From the NCBI GenBank assembly GCA_035650475.1, contig DASRHP010000010.1, positions 138,591 through 202,590 of the forward strand: 64,000 nucleotides of DNA, in the 5' to 3' direction. The DNA comes from Candidatus Binataceae bacterium. GTDB taxonomy: Bacteria > Desulfobacterota > Binatia > Binatales > Binataceae. The translations under genes were made by a program, and so were the position numbers. The notes below the pieces were generated by a model. The model was not told the origin of the DNA, searched no databases, and saw nothing but the letters and a program-made list of their open reading frames with translations. Shown here piece by piece: positions 1-8,996 of the stretch. Position 1 is the first letter of the stretch, and each line of letters starts with the position of its first letter.

Positions 1-1
1 C

Positions 2-715
2 CTCCTGCGCTTCGTTCCCTACAGGCTGCATCGCGTGGCCGTGCGAGTGACGTTGCCCGCGTTCTGCCGTCTGCAGGACGACGATCGCGAGCTCGCGCGC
101 GCCTACCGCGGCCTGTTCAACTATCTCGCCCGTATCGTGCTGCCGATCATCGCCTGCGTCGCCGTCGCCGCCCCCGAACTGCTGCATACGCTTTACGGGG
201 CGCAGTGGGCGGCGGCGGCGACGCCGCTGCGCCTGATGGCCGCGGGGCTCGCGGTGGCCGGACTGCGCGAAGGGATTGGTTCGATCTACTACGCCAAGGA
301 CCATCCGGCGTTCGACATTTATCTCAACGCCCTGCGCTTCATCCTGATCGTAGCCGCGGTCCTTTCGCTCGCCGGCGGAGGGCTGTTCGCAATCAGCGCC
401 GGCATGAGCGTCGTGGAAGGCCTGACGAGTGTGATCGGCGTCCGTCTCGCCTGCGAATTGCTCAATCTGAACCTGCGCGGGCTCATCGCCGCCGCAGTTC
501 CGGGTCTGCGCCTGGCGGTCGCGTGCGCCATCGTGAGCGCACTGGGCAAGGCCGGCGCGCGCGCCGCCAACCTCGACACTCCGGCAGTCGCGGCGATCGC
601 CGCGTTCCTCCCGGCGATCGTCTTTTGCTGGGTTGAGTCGGCGGCGATGAGCGAGATCTTGGCGCGCGCGTTCGGCCGCACCCGCCTGGCAACGCTCCAG
701 GGAGCGACGCGATGA
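2..715 (+). CDS. Polysaccharide-biosynthesis flippase (MOP/Wzx-type), C-terminal part; 5' end outside the window
   Basis: The frame is open from the window edge; ORF 35..715 is only the first in-frame start. The translation is a series of hydrophobic helices (LPIIACVAVAAP, FILIVAAVLSLAGGGLF, AAIAAFLPAIVFCW), as in the last TM segments of Wzx/MurJ-like exporters. Its stop overlaps the next start (ATGA at 712-715). Neighbouring genes are glycosyltransferases. Confidence 0.55.
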   Translation, partial: LLRFVPYRLHRVAVRVTLPAFCRLQDDDRELARAYRGLFNYLARIVLPIIACVAVAAPELLHTLYGAQWAAAATPLRLMAAGLAVAGLREGIGSIYYAKDHPAFDIYLNALRFILIVAAVLSLAGGGLFAISAGMSVVEGLTSVIGVRLACELLNLNLRGLIAAAVPGLRLAVACAIVSALGKAGARAANLDTPAVAAIAAFLPAIVFCWVESAAMSEILARAFGRTRLATLQGATR

Positions 716-1800
716 GCGGCGGATCGCAACGCGCTGTGAGCGCGGCGCCCGACAGCAACGGGGGCCTCCACTTCGACTTGCGCCCATTTGCCGAGAACCG
801 GGCGGCTTGGCGCCGGTTTGCTGAGAGCCACCCCGATGCCGTCCTGTACCATCGCGACGAATGGATCGAGCTCCTGCGCCGCGCCTACGGATTCGACATC
901 CAGCTTGCGACGCTGGCGGAAAAAGGCGAAATCCGCGCAGCCTGCCCGTTGGCCCGCTCCAAGCGGCCCTTCTCGCGCAGGCTTATCGCGTTGCCGTTTT
1001 CCGACTTCTGTCCGCCCCTCGCTGCCGATCCCGCCGCCGGCGCGCACTTGCTGGCTCATCTGGCGGAGCATCCGCAAGCCGCGGGCGGCGTTGAAGTCCG
1101 CGGCAGTGCGGCCGTATCGCCTTGGCAGCTCTCCACGTGTTTCGAAAACTGGACGCTCGACCTACGCCGTCCGCTCAGCGCGGTCGAGCGCGAGCTGGGT
1201 GGTGTGCTGCGGCGCAAGCTGAATCGCAACCTGCGTCACGCGATGGTCTCGGGCATTAGCATTGCACGGGGTTCGGCCGCGACCGATGCGCAGCATTTTT
1301 GTGAACTTCAATTCGACGCGCGCCGCCGGCTCGGTTTGCCGTCCCAGCCCGCCTCCTTCTTCCGCCTGGCGCATTCGATTTTCGCTCCCAGCGGCGCGTT
1401 CGAGGTGTGGCTGGCGCGGATGTCCGGGCGTGTCGTAGGCGGCCTGGTGCTCCTGCGCGCGGGTGGCCAACTCTATGAGAAATGGAGCGCGCGCGCGGCC
1501 GACGCTCCTTTCGGTGCGGCCCACCTGCTGCTGTGGAGCGTGATCGAGGAATTCGCGGGCAAAGCTGAAATGCTCGACCTCGGCCGCGCCGATGTTCGCA
1601 ACCAGGGCCTGGGCCAATTCAAAAAAGCGATAGGCGCGGTTGCCGCACCTCTTCCCTATTCATTTTTCCCGCGGTCGCCGCGCACCGTCAGTTCCGAAGC
1701 GCCGGGCGCGATGCAACGCGTGTTGTCAACGCTGTGGCGCCGGATTCCATCACCGGCCAGCCGTCTGCTCGGCTCGGCGATCTACGGGTACCTCGCATGA
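712..1800 (+). CDS. FemAB-related / GNAT-fold (Acetyltransf_6, CelD/BioF2-like) acyl- or aminoacyl-transferase
   Basis: 362-aa ORF. Its C-terminal half (FEVWLARMSGRVVGGLVLLRAGGQLYEKWSA..AAHLLLWSVIEEFAGKAEMLDLGRA..NQGLGQFKKAIGA) reads like the FemAB-related acetyltransferase fold found in exopolysaccharide loci. ATGA overlaps occur at both ends. Confidence 0.6.
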   Translation: MSGGSQRAVSAAPDSNGGLHFDLRPFAENRAAWRRFAESHPDAVLYHRDEWIELLRRAYGFDIQLATLAEKGEIRAACPLARSKRPFSRRLIALPFSDFCPPLAADPAAGAHLLAHLAEHPQAAGGVEVRGSAAVSPWQLSTCFENWTLDLRRPLSAVERELGGVLRRKLNRNLRHAMVSGISIARGSAATDAQHFCELQFDARRRLGLPSQPASFFRLAHSIFAPSGAFEVWLARMSGRVVGGLVLLRAGGQLYEKWSARAADAPFGAAHLLLWSVIEEFAGKAEMLDLGRADVRNQGLGQFKKAIGAVAAPLPYSFFPRSPRTVSSEAPGAMQRVLSTLWRRIPSPASRLLGSAIYGYLA

Positions 1801-2654
1801 GTAACTATCTCTCAATCACTCCGGTCCGCGATGAAGAGCGCTTTCTGCCCGGGCTGATCGCCTCGATGGTGTCGCAGACCCGCAGGCCCGAGCGCTGGCT
1901 GTTGATCGACGACGGCTCGGCTGACGCCACGCCCGCGATCATTGAGGAGGCGGCGCGCGTGCATCGATGGATTGAGCCGCGCCATCTTCCCCGCGAGCGC
2001 GTGCGCCGGCCCGGCGGTGAATCGGTGATTATGCAGTTCCTGCCGCCCGAAGCGTGGCGCGATGTAGACTTCATCGCGCGCTTCGACGCCGATCTCACCT
2101 TCGATTCCGACTACATAGAGCGGTTGCTGGCGGAGTTCGCTCGCCAGCCGCGGCTGGGTATCGCCAGCGGCACGTTGCTCGAACCCGGTTCCGATGGCGC
2201 GTGGCGCGAAGTTGTCACTCCCACATTCCACACCCGTGGCCCGAGTAAGCTGTACTCGCGGCCCTGCTTCGCGGCCATCGGCGGGCTGGAGCCCGGCCTT
2301 GGATGGGACACGATCGACGAAATCCGCGCCATCATGCACGGCTTCGTCACTCGCAGCTTCCGCCACATTCATGCCTGGCATCATCGGCCCACCGGCAGCG
2401 CTCGCGGGATGAGCCGCGGACGGTTCAACGCCGGCCGTGCCGCCTACCAGGCCGGTTATTCGCCCGTCTTCATGGGCGCGCGTGTGCTGCGCCATCTGGT
2501 CATCGGGCGGCCGCTGCAGGGCGTGGCGATGCTGGCGGGGTTTGCCGATGGTTATCTGCGTCGCGCCAAACGGGCCGCTTCGCCTGACGTGGTCAGGTTC
2601 GTGCGCACCCAGCAGATGCGCAGGCTGTTCGCGATGGAGAGCCGCTGGCGATGA
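1797..2654 (+). CDS. Family-2 glycosyltransferase
   Basis: Start taken at ATG 1797, which overlaps the previous stop as ATGA. MSNYLSITPVRDEERFLPGLIASMVSQTRRPERWLLIDDGSADATPAII is the classic GT2 N-terminus with the DDGS motif, and a DAD motif (ARFDADLTF) follows. The longer ORF from 1734 would overlap the previous gene. Confidence 0.8.
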   Translation: MSNYLSITPVRDEERFLPGLIASMVSQTRRPERWLLIDDGSADATPAIIEEAARVHRWIEPRHLPRERVRRPGGESVIMQFLPPEAWRDVDFIARFDADLTFDSDYIERLLAEFARQPRLGIASGTLLEPGSDGAWREVVTPTFHTRGPSKLYSRPCFAAIGGLEPGLGWDTIDEIRAIMHGFVTRSFRHIHAWHHRPTGSARGMSRGRFNAGRAAYQAGYSPVFMGARVLRHLVIGRPLQGVAMLAGFADGYLRRAKRAASPDVVRFVRTQQMRRLFAMESRWR

Positions 2655-3862
2655 TACACCAATCGCAATCGCCGCCGCCGCCTCCGGCGGCGGCGGCGCT
2701 GGGCCGCTGGCGCGCGCGCAACGACGCTTTCACGTTCTGGAAGCTGTCCGAGAACTGGCGCGAGCCGCTGCGTGCCGGTATCGGGGCCTCCGAGCCGTTG
2801 ATTGAGCACTACCTGTGGGAGAACTACCTACCGCTCAAGCGCCGCCGCCCACCCGCCGCGATGCGCGCTTACTATGCGGTCAAGCAACTGATTCCGGAAC
2901 GCCTGCGGCATCGCCTCAACGGGATGATAGTGCGTAGCCGCAGGCGTGCGGAATTTCCCGCCTGGCCGTGCGAAAGCGTCCTGCTCGAATTCTGGCGCGA
3001 ATGGCTCCGGCAGAGCCTTGCGACTCTCGGGGTCAGCGACGGCTGGCATATCAGCTTCTGGCCGGGCGGACACGACTGCTGTGTTGTCCTTACGCACGAT
3101 GTCGAGGGCCCGGCGGGACAGCGCCGGATGGAAGCGATGGCCGATTTGGAAGAGCGCTACGGCTTCCGTTCGGCGTGGAACCTGCCGCTCGCGCAATATC
3201 CGATCGACTGGAACCTTGTCGAACGTCTGCGCGCGCGCGGATTCGAATTCGGCGCGCACGGGCTCAGCCACGACGGCAAGCTGTTCCGCAGCCACGACGA
3301 TTTCGTTCGCCTTGCTCCTGAACTCGAGCGGCGAGCGCGCGAGCACGGCTTGCGCGGCTTCCGCGCGCCCTCGACGTTGCGCCGGCCGGAGTGGATTGCC
3401 TCGATGTCGTTCGATTTCGATTCGAGCTTCGCTGACACCGATCCTTGGGAGCCTCAGGCCGGCGGCACCTGCGCGGTTTTTCCCTTCCATCTGGAACATC
3501 TGGTCGAGCTCCCCTACACGCTGCCGCAGGACCACACAATGCTGCATCTGCTGCGGCGCAGCCCGTTGGAGGTCTGGATCACAAAGCTCGAGTGGATCGC
3601 CGCGGTAGGCGGGATGATCCTCGCGCTGGTTCATCCCGATTACTGCGGCGCGGGATGGCAGCTCGCCGAGTACGAGGAATTGCTCAAGCGGCTGAGCGCG
3701 CTCGAGTCGAGCTGGCGGGCGCTGCCCTCGGAAGCCGCCGATTGGTGGCGGCGGCGAGCCGCTTTCAAGTTGCTGGTCAAGGACGACAAGCCGCTGATCA
3801 CTGGTCGCAACACTGCGGGCGCGGTGGCGCGCCGCTTGAGCACAACGCGGCTCGCCGCGTGA
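2651..3862 (+). CDS. Polysaccharide deacetylase-family protein (CE4-like, EPS-locus subtype)
   Basis: 403 aa. VVLTHDVEGPAG replaces the TFDDG motif, as in EPS-locus deacetylases, and HGLSHDGKLF gives the second His motif. The start overlaps the previous stop (ATGA at 2651-2654). Confidence 0.7.
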   Translation: MIHQSQSPPPPPAAAALGRWRARNDAFTFWKLSENWREPLRAGIGASEPLIEHYLWENYLPLKRRRPPAAMRAYYAVKQLIPERLRHRLNGMIVRSRRRAEFPAWPCESVLLEFWREWLRQSLATLGVSDGWHISFWPGGHDCCVVLTHDVEGPAGQRRMEAMADLEERYGFRSAWNLPLAQYPIDWNLVERLRARGFEFGAHGLSHDGKLFRSHDDFVRLAPELERRAREHGLRGFRAPSTLRRPEWIASMSFDFDSSFADTDPWEPQAGGTCAVFPFHLEHLVELPYTLPQDHTMLHLLRRSPLEVWITKLEWIAAVGGMILALVHPDYCGAGWQLAEYEELLKRLSALESSWRALPSEAADWWRRRAAFKLLVKDDKPLITGRNTAGAVARRLSTTRLAA

Positions 3863-3875
3863 GGTTGATGGCGCA

Positions 3876-5111
3876 ATGACACGGGCACTGATCATTGCCT
3901 ACACCAGTTACGCGCATGATGCGCGCGTGCGCCGTCACGCCGAAGCGCTCGCCCAACGCGGCGACGAAATCGACGTGATCTGCCTTGGCGGCCGCCCGGC
4001 GGCCGGATTCAAGGGCGTCAACGTGATCGAGGTCCCCGTCGCGCGCTACCGCGGTGCGAGCCGCCGCCGCTACCTCGGCAGTTACCTGCACTTTTTCAGC
4101 CGCGCCGCGGCGATCGCGGCGCGCCGCGCCTGGGCGCGACCATACGACGTCGTGATCGTATGCACGATGCCCGACGCGGCGGTGCTGTGCGCGCTCGGGC
4201 CGAGGCTGCTCGGCAGCAAGGTGCTGCTCGATATCCACGACACGATGCCCGAGTTGTACCGCGACAAGTTCTCCGGCGCCTGGCGCGGGGCGCTCGGGGC
4301 GCGCCTGCTGATGTTCGAGGAACGCCTGAGCGCGCTGCTCGCCCATCGCGTGGTTGCCGTTCACGAGCTGCATCGCCGCCGTCTCGAAGCGGCAGGAGTC
4401 GCGCCGGAAAAGATCCGCGTGGTTCTGAACTCGCCGGATCCCGCGATTTTCGCCGCCGGCGAAATCTCCAGCGGCGCCCGTCGCGGCGGCGGCGCATTTA
4501 CGCTTGTGTGCCACGGAATGATTTCGCACCGGCTCGGACTCGACGTCGCCTTACGCGCGGTGCAGCGCCTGCGCTTCAGGATTCCGGGCCTGCGCCTGAG
4601 GATCGCGGGCGGCGGCGAGTACGTACTTGCACTGCGTCGGACTGTCGAACGCCTGCGGCTGGAAGCGTGGACTGAGTTCGTCGATCGCGTGCCGCTCGAC
4701 GAGCTTCCCTCGGTATTGCGCGGCGCCGCGGTCGGCCTGGTGCCCAATCACGCGAGCAGCGCGACCCATCTGATGCTGCCGGTGAAGCTGCTCGAGTACG
4801 CGATGCTTGGCATCCCGGTGATCGCGGCGCGCCTGCGCACCATCGAACACTACTTTGACCCCGACGCGGTCGAGTTTTTCACACCCGACGACGCTTGCGA
4901 CCTCGCACGCGCGATCGACCGTCTCTACCGGGAGCCCAAGCGTCGCGCTCAGCTTGCGCGCAACGCGCGTGGGGTCGCCGAGGGTCTGGGCTGGGCGGCC
5001 CAGCGTTCCAGCTTCTACGACGCGATTGACTCGCTGCTGCGCGAGCCGACAGAGAGGGCGCTGCCCACGCGGCTTGGCCGAGAGGATGTGGTCGATGCCA
5101 GCCGCAACTGA
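3876..5111 (+). CDS. Family-4 (GT-B, group 1) glycosyltransferase
   Basis: 411 aa. The C-terminal half has the GT4 pattern (FTLVCHGMISHRLGLDVALRAV..IAGGGEY...LMLPVKLLEYAMLGIPVIAARL). ATG at 3876. Confidence 0.85.
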   Translation: MTRALIIAYTSYAHDARVRRHAEALAQRGDEIDVICLGGRPAAGFKGVNVIEVPVARYRGASRRRYLGSYLHFFSRAAAIAARRAWARPYDVVIVCTMPDAAVLCALGPRLLGSKVLLDIHDTMPELYRDKFSGAWRGALGARLLMFEERLSALLAHRVVAVHELHRRRLEAAGVAPEKIRVVLNSPDPAIFAAGEISSGARRGGGAFTLVCHGMISHRLGLDVALRAVQRLRFRIPGLRLRIAGGGEYVLALRRTVERLRLEAWTEFVDRVPLDELPSVLRGAAVGLVPNHASSATHLMLPVKLLEYAMLGIPVIAARLRTIEHYFDPDAVEFFTPDDACDLARAIDRLYREPKRRAQLARNARGVAEGLGWAAQRSSFYDAIDSLLREPTERALPTRLGREDVVDASRN

Positions 5112-5133
5112 AACACAGTGGGCCGCCAGGGTT

Positions 5134-5850
5134 ATGAAGGGCGCCTCGGGGGCCTGCGGCTACCGGATGCTAACGGTCCATGACGCGGTGCGCAGCGTGG
5201 TCGAGCGCCGCTGGGACATCCCGCGTTTCCAGCGCGCGTTCAGTTGGAGCCCCCAGCAGGTGCGCGATCTCGCCGATTCGCTTTGGCGCGGATATCCGAT
5301 GGGCCTGCTGCTGCTGTGGCGTGCGGCTGAAGGAGCGGGCTCGCCCCTGCTGATCGTTGACGGTCAGCATCGGCTCACCGCGATGTGCATCCTGCTGGGC
5401 GAGCGGCCGGCCTGGTGGAACGGCGCGCGCGCCGCCGCATGGCGCGAGCTGCTGCCACGATATGATGTCCGGTTCGATCTCCTTGCACCCGGTGTTTCGC
5501 CGTTCAGGTTGGGCGGACCGGGCCGCGGCGACGCGGCGCCGCCGCTTTCGTCGCTGCTTGCGATCGATCCCGACGGCGCCGACGGCCGCCAGCAACTGCA
5601 ACGAATCGCCCACGAGGCTTGCGCGCGCGCGACGAATAAAAGTTTCGACGAAGTATATGCGCGCCTCGAGCGCCTTTGTCGGATCGCCGAGCAGCCTTTG
5701 GTTGCCAGCGTCGCCGAGCGCCCGATCGACGACGTGCTCGAGATCTTCGCCCGGCTCAGCGGGCATGGGATCCGGTTTCGGCGCCTTCTGTTGCGCACCG
5801 CGCTGCGCGCTTTGAAGGGAATGTGGGTTTCACAAACTGTGCACGGCTAG
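5134..5850 (+). CDS. DUF262 (ParB-like / GmrSD N-terminal domain, PF03235) protein, stand-alone
   Basis: WDIPRFQRAFSWSPQQVRDLADSLWRGYPMGLLLLW....LLIVDGQHRLTA matches the DUF262 signature (xIPxFQRxxxW ... DGQQR). The C-terminal IDDVLEIFARLSGHGIRF matches the end of the domain. Start taken at ATG 5134, just after the GT4 stop at 5111; the longer ORF from 4855 would overlap GT4. Confidence 0.7.
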   Translation: MKGASGACGYRMLTVHDAVRSVVERRWDIPRFQRAFSWSPQQVRDLADSLWRGYPMGLLLLWRAAEGAGSPLLIVDGQHRLTAMCILLGERPAWWNGARAAAWRELLPRYDVRFDLLAPGVSPFRLGGPGRGDAAPPLSSLLAIDPDGADGRQQLQRIAHEACARATNKSFDEVYARLERLCRIAEQPLVASVAERPIDDVLEIFARLSGHGIRFRRLLLRTALRALKGMWVSQTVHG

Positions 5851-5858
5851 GTGGGTAC

Positions 5859-6824
5859 ATGGTGGGAATTAAAGGCAGTCACAATGATCGCGCTCCGGGC
5901 TGTCCGATCTGCAAGAGCTCTTCCCGGCACTGCGCCGACGCGCCCGGGTGGGGCGAGTGGCGGGCGTGCGTAAAGTGCGGGATCGAATTCGTTCAACCGA
6001 TGCGCCTGCCCGAGGACGCGCGGACGATGTTCGACGGTGCCTATCGCGGCCAGCGCCACGAAGCCGCCTTTTACGACTTCAATCGCAATCTCAGGCGCCG
6101 CGCCGCCCTCGTCAACGACCCGGCGCTGGGTTTCTGGACCCCGGCCTACTCCGCAGTGCTCGAATGGCTGGTCGGCAGATTCGCGCGCGGTGCAACTGTG
6201 CTCGAGCTTGGATGCGGCCCGGGATTGTTTCTACACGCGCTCAGGAACCGCGGCTTCAATGCGGTAGGTCTCGACGTCGCCCGCGAGGTGGTTGAGCTCA
6301 ACCGCCGCGACGGCTTCACCGTGTGGCACGGCGGAGTCGAGAGCGTGTCGGCCGATTGGGTGCGCCCCGATGCGGTGGTTTCGTTCTTTATGCTCCACCA
6401 CCTTGAGAATCCGATGGGTTTTTTCGCTGCGATCCGCTCCCTATGGCCGTGGGCGCCGCTGGCGGTCGCGCAATACGGGCCCGGGCGCCGCAGCCCTTTG
6501 CGCTCGGCGCCGCCGCGAAACCTGACGCATTGGAACGCAGGCTGTTTGCGCACCGCGCTGGAAATCTCGGGTTATCGGCCTGCGGTCAGCGATTTGCCGA
6601 GCAGCGGCGTCGAGCAGCCTTTCCTCGTTCCATTGCGCAGGATCCTGAAGCCGACCGTCGGTGTTCCATCGCTGTTCCGACTGAATAAGCGGATCGAGCG
6701 CCAGCTTCTGCCCAGGCTTTTGCAACCCTTGCGGGTGAATGCCGAAGTGGTGCTCGCCCTTGCCGATCCAGCACAACCGGGACTCAGAGACGGGCCCCAA
6801 GAGGACGCGGAAAGCAGGGCCTGA
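5859..6824 (+). CDS. Class I SAM-dependent methyltransferase with N-terminal Cys4 zinc ribbon
   Basis: In-frame ATG at 5859, just after the DUF262 stop. CPICKSS...CVKCG forms the zinc ribbon. VLELGCGPGLFLHAL..GFNAVGLDV is SAM motif I plus the post-I acidic residue. Confidence 0.75.
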   Translation: MVGIKGSHNDRAPGCPICKSSSRHCADAPGWGEWRACVKCGIEFVQPMRLPEDARTMFDGAYRGQRHEAAFYDFNRNLRRRAALVNDPALGFWTPAYSAVLEWLVGRFARGATVLELGCGPGLFLHALRNRGFNAVGLDVAREVVELNRRDGFTVWHGGVESVSADWVRPDAVVSFFMLHHLENPMGFFAAIRSLWPWAPLAVAQYGPGRRSPLRSAPPRNLTHWNAGCLRTALEISGYRPAVSDLPSSGVEQPFLVPLRRILKPTVGVPSLFRLNKRIERQLLPRLLQPLRVNAEVVLALADPAQPGLRDGPQEDAESRA

Positions 6825-6837
6825 GATCTCCGTGCAG

Positions 6838-7629
6838 GTGAAGCTTGTGAATAGCGATTCAACCCTGGTGATCGGGATTGGCGAAGTGGGTAGCGCGCTT
6901 GCCGACGTCCTCGAGCAGCGGATGGGACCGGTGCTGCGGCTCGACCTGGCGCCGCAGGAAGTTTCACGGCGGATCGCCGTGATGCATGTATGCATACCAT
7001 TTCACAGTCCCGACAGCTTTCAACGCACCGTAGCTGGTTATATCGGCCGATTTCAGCCCGCTCTTACCATCCTCAACAGCACGGTGCTGCCGGGCACCAC
7101 ACGCGCTTTGCTCCGCGCGACCGGCGCCGCCGTTGCCTATAGCCCGGTTCGCGGCAAGCACGCGAAGATGACGGCGGACCTCAAGCACTATCGAAAATTC
7201 GTCGCCGCGCTCGACGTCGAAACAGCCCGCGCAGCGGAGCGCCACTTCCGGGATGCAGGAATGACAACGCAGCGTGTGTCGCGTCCTGAGACGCTCGAGC
7301 TCGCGAAACTTGCCGAAACCAGTTACTTCGGCGTGCTTATCGGGTTCGCCCAGGAGCTCAACCGATACGCCAATCGGGTGGATGCCGATTACTCAGAAGC
7401 GGCGGAATTTTTCGAGGAAGTGGAGTTTCTGCCGCGGCATCGTTATTTCCCGGGATTCATCGGTGGCCACTGCGTCGTCCCGAATCTGAAGCTCCTGCTG
7501 CGACTCGCACCCTCGGCGCTCTTCGAGGCGGTGCTGACGTCTAACGAGCAGCGGGCCGACGAGTTGCGAATGGCCGCCGCTGGTACCGCCGCAATTGGTG
7601 ACGGGCCCCGGTGCGATGGAAACAAATAA
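6838..7629 (+). CDS. NAD(P)-binding protein, UDP-glucose/GDP-mannose dehydrogenase-like but short (no obvious C-terminal UDP-binding domain)
   Basis: GTG 6838 follows the previous stop. LVIGIGEVGSALA is a GxGxxG dinucleotide fold. ETLELAKLAETSYFGVLIGFAQELNRYANRVDADYSEAAEFF resembles the central helical domain of nucleotide-sugar dehydrogenases. Confidence 0.5.
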   Translation: MKLVNSDSTLVIGIGEVGSALADVLEQRMGPVLRLDLAPQEVSRRIAVMHVCIPFHSPDSFQRTVAGYIGRFQPALTILNSTVLPGTTRALLRATGAAVAYSPVRGKHAKMTADLKHYRKFVAALDVETARAAERHFRDAGMTTQRVSRPETLELAKLAETSYFGVLIGFAQELNRYANRVDADYSEAAEFFEEVEFLPRHRYFPGFIGGHCVVPNLKLLLRLAPSALFEAVLTSNEQRADELRMAAAGTAAIGDGPRCDGNK

Positions 7630-8992
7630 TGCGACCTGCTGGGTGGTAGCCGATCCCGGATGGGGCTCCGCGGTCGTGGCGGCCCAGTTCGCCGCGCTGC
7701 GCGGAGCGCGCGTGCGCGTGTGTGCGCAAGCCGATTCGCTCCCCCAGGAGGTACTGGCTGGCAAGGGCACGGTGATTGCGATGACGGCAGCCGCGCTGCG
7801 GCGCTGCGATTGGCGGTTGCTGAAGAGATGCGTGGAAGCCGGCGCGACCGTCCATGTCAGCCGCTTCGAGCAAGCGCTCGAACATTCGCTTCAACCTTTC
7901 GTTGACGGCCGGTTTCGGATTGAGAGCCGCACCGACATTCGCAGTTTCCGTCTGTGCGACGCGGCGACGCTCCCGCAAGCGTTGCGGGGCGAAGAACTTC
8001 CGGCGGGCGGCGCGGCGGCAGTGGCGGTCGGACTAAACGGTCACTGCCGGACGCTGATGGCGGCGGAGCAGGGCGGGTCGCGGGCGCCCGCGCTCTTTAG
8101 TCTCGAGTGTGGCGCCGGCGCCGTCATCTATGATCCGAACTCCGGGGCGGACGAAACCGGCAACCCAATTGTTGAACGTCTTGCGACGCCGCGCGGGATC
8201 CTTGCCGGCACCGGCGCGTTGGTCGCCGCAAACCTTGCGAACCAAAGGCGCTGGCAGGCCCCTACCAGTTTCAACATCACCATCGACGATCGCCCGGCCA
8301 ATTTCGATTATCTCGGGCCGTTCAGGCTCAAGGCTCTGCTTGAGCACTTCAACGCGCATTATCCTGGAGTCCATCTCGATCTGGCGTGGACGCCTGAACA
8401 CGTGCACGTCAGTCGGCGCTACGTTGACCTCGTCCGCCGGTGCGGCGGCGGATTCGTCTGGCATGGATTTCACCGGCACGTTGATCATCGTACGCTCGCC
8501 GATCCAGCGAACGAACTTCGGCGCGGCCAGGCACTGGTTGAGGAGATCGCGCGGCGCTTCCGCGTACAGTTCCAAAAAGTGATGGTGTTTCCGTACGAGC
8601 GGACCAGTTGGGACTTGCTCGCGCGATTGGAGAAGGCGGGTTTCATAGCAGTCACCGAGTGCGCGGCGGCGCGTCCGGAGGCGGAGTTGGGCGTGCCTCC
8701 ATTTATGCGTCGCTCGATCCCGACCCACTTCGTGCCGGGACTCGGCATACCCGTCCTGAGGCGATACCCGGTAGCGGCACTAAACAGGTCAACACTGCTC
8801 GCGCTCGCCGCGCTCGGCCACCCGATTATTGCGATGGCACACCCGCTGGACCTGGCGTTGCGCCGCTTTGCGCTGGGCCAGGGCCCAGGACGCGCGCTCG
8901 GGCATTTCGAACGTCTGCTTGAATTTGCGTCGCACAAAGGACTGCGCCCGGCATCACTTGAGGAAATAGCAAGCGGCTTGCCGCAAGCCTAA
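7616..8992 (+). CDS. Hypothetical protein; C-terminal half resembles a divergent polysaccharide deacetylase / DUF2334-type fold
   Basis: ORF 7595..8992. ATG 7616 (METNNATCW) overlaps the previous stop region. FNITIDDRPANFDY and VWHGFHRHVDH resemble the Asp and His metal motifs of CE4-like enzymes. I could recognise nothing in the N-terminal ~200 aa. Confidence 0.4.
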   Translation: METNNATCWVVADPGWGSAVVAAQFAALRGARVRVCAQADSLPQEVLAGKGTVIAMTAAALRRCDWRLLKRCVEAGATVHVSRFEQALEHSLQPFVDGRFRIESRTDIRSFRLCDAATLPQALRGEELPAGGAAAVAVGLNGHCRTLMAAEQGGSRAPALFSLECGAGAVIYDPNSGADETGNPIVERLATPRGILAGTGALVAANLANQRRWQAPTSFNITIDDRPANFDYLGPFRLKALLEHFNAHYPGVHLDLAWTPEHVHVSRRYVDLVRRCGGGFVWHGFHRHVDHRTLADPANELRRGQALVEEIARRFRVQFQKVMVFPYERTSWDLLARLEKAGFIAVTECAAARPEAELGVPPFMRRSIPTHFVPGLGIPVLRRYPVAALNRSTLLALAALGHPIIAMAHPLDLALRRFALGQGPGRALGHFERLLEFASHKGLRPASLEEIASGLPQA

Positions 8993-8996
8993 GGGT

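Noticed and set aside
4855-5133. Upstream 93 codons of the 4855..5850 ORF
   Set aside because: They lie in an alternative frame entirely inside the GT4 glycosyltransferase gene, and DUF262 similarity begins only after ATG 5134.
5134-6824. Calling DUF262 + methyltransferase a restriction-modification or defence system
   Set aside because: The methyltransferase has small-molecule-type class I motifs with no visible DNA-MTase catalytic motif (DPPY/NPPY or PC-ENV). No nuclease domain (DUF1524/HNH) is present. It is kept only as a hypothesis in the findings.
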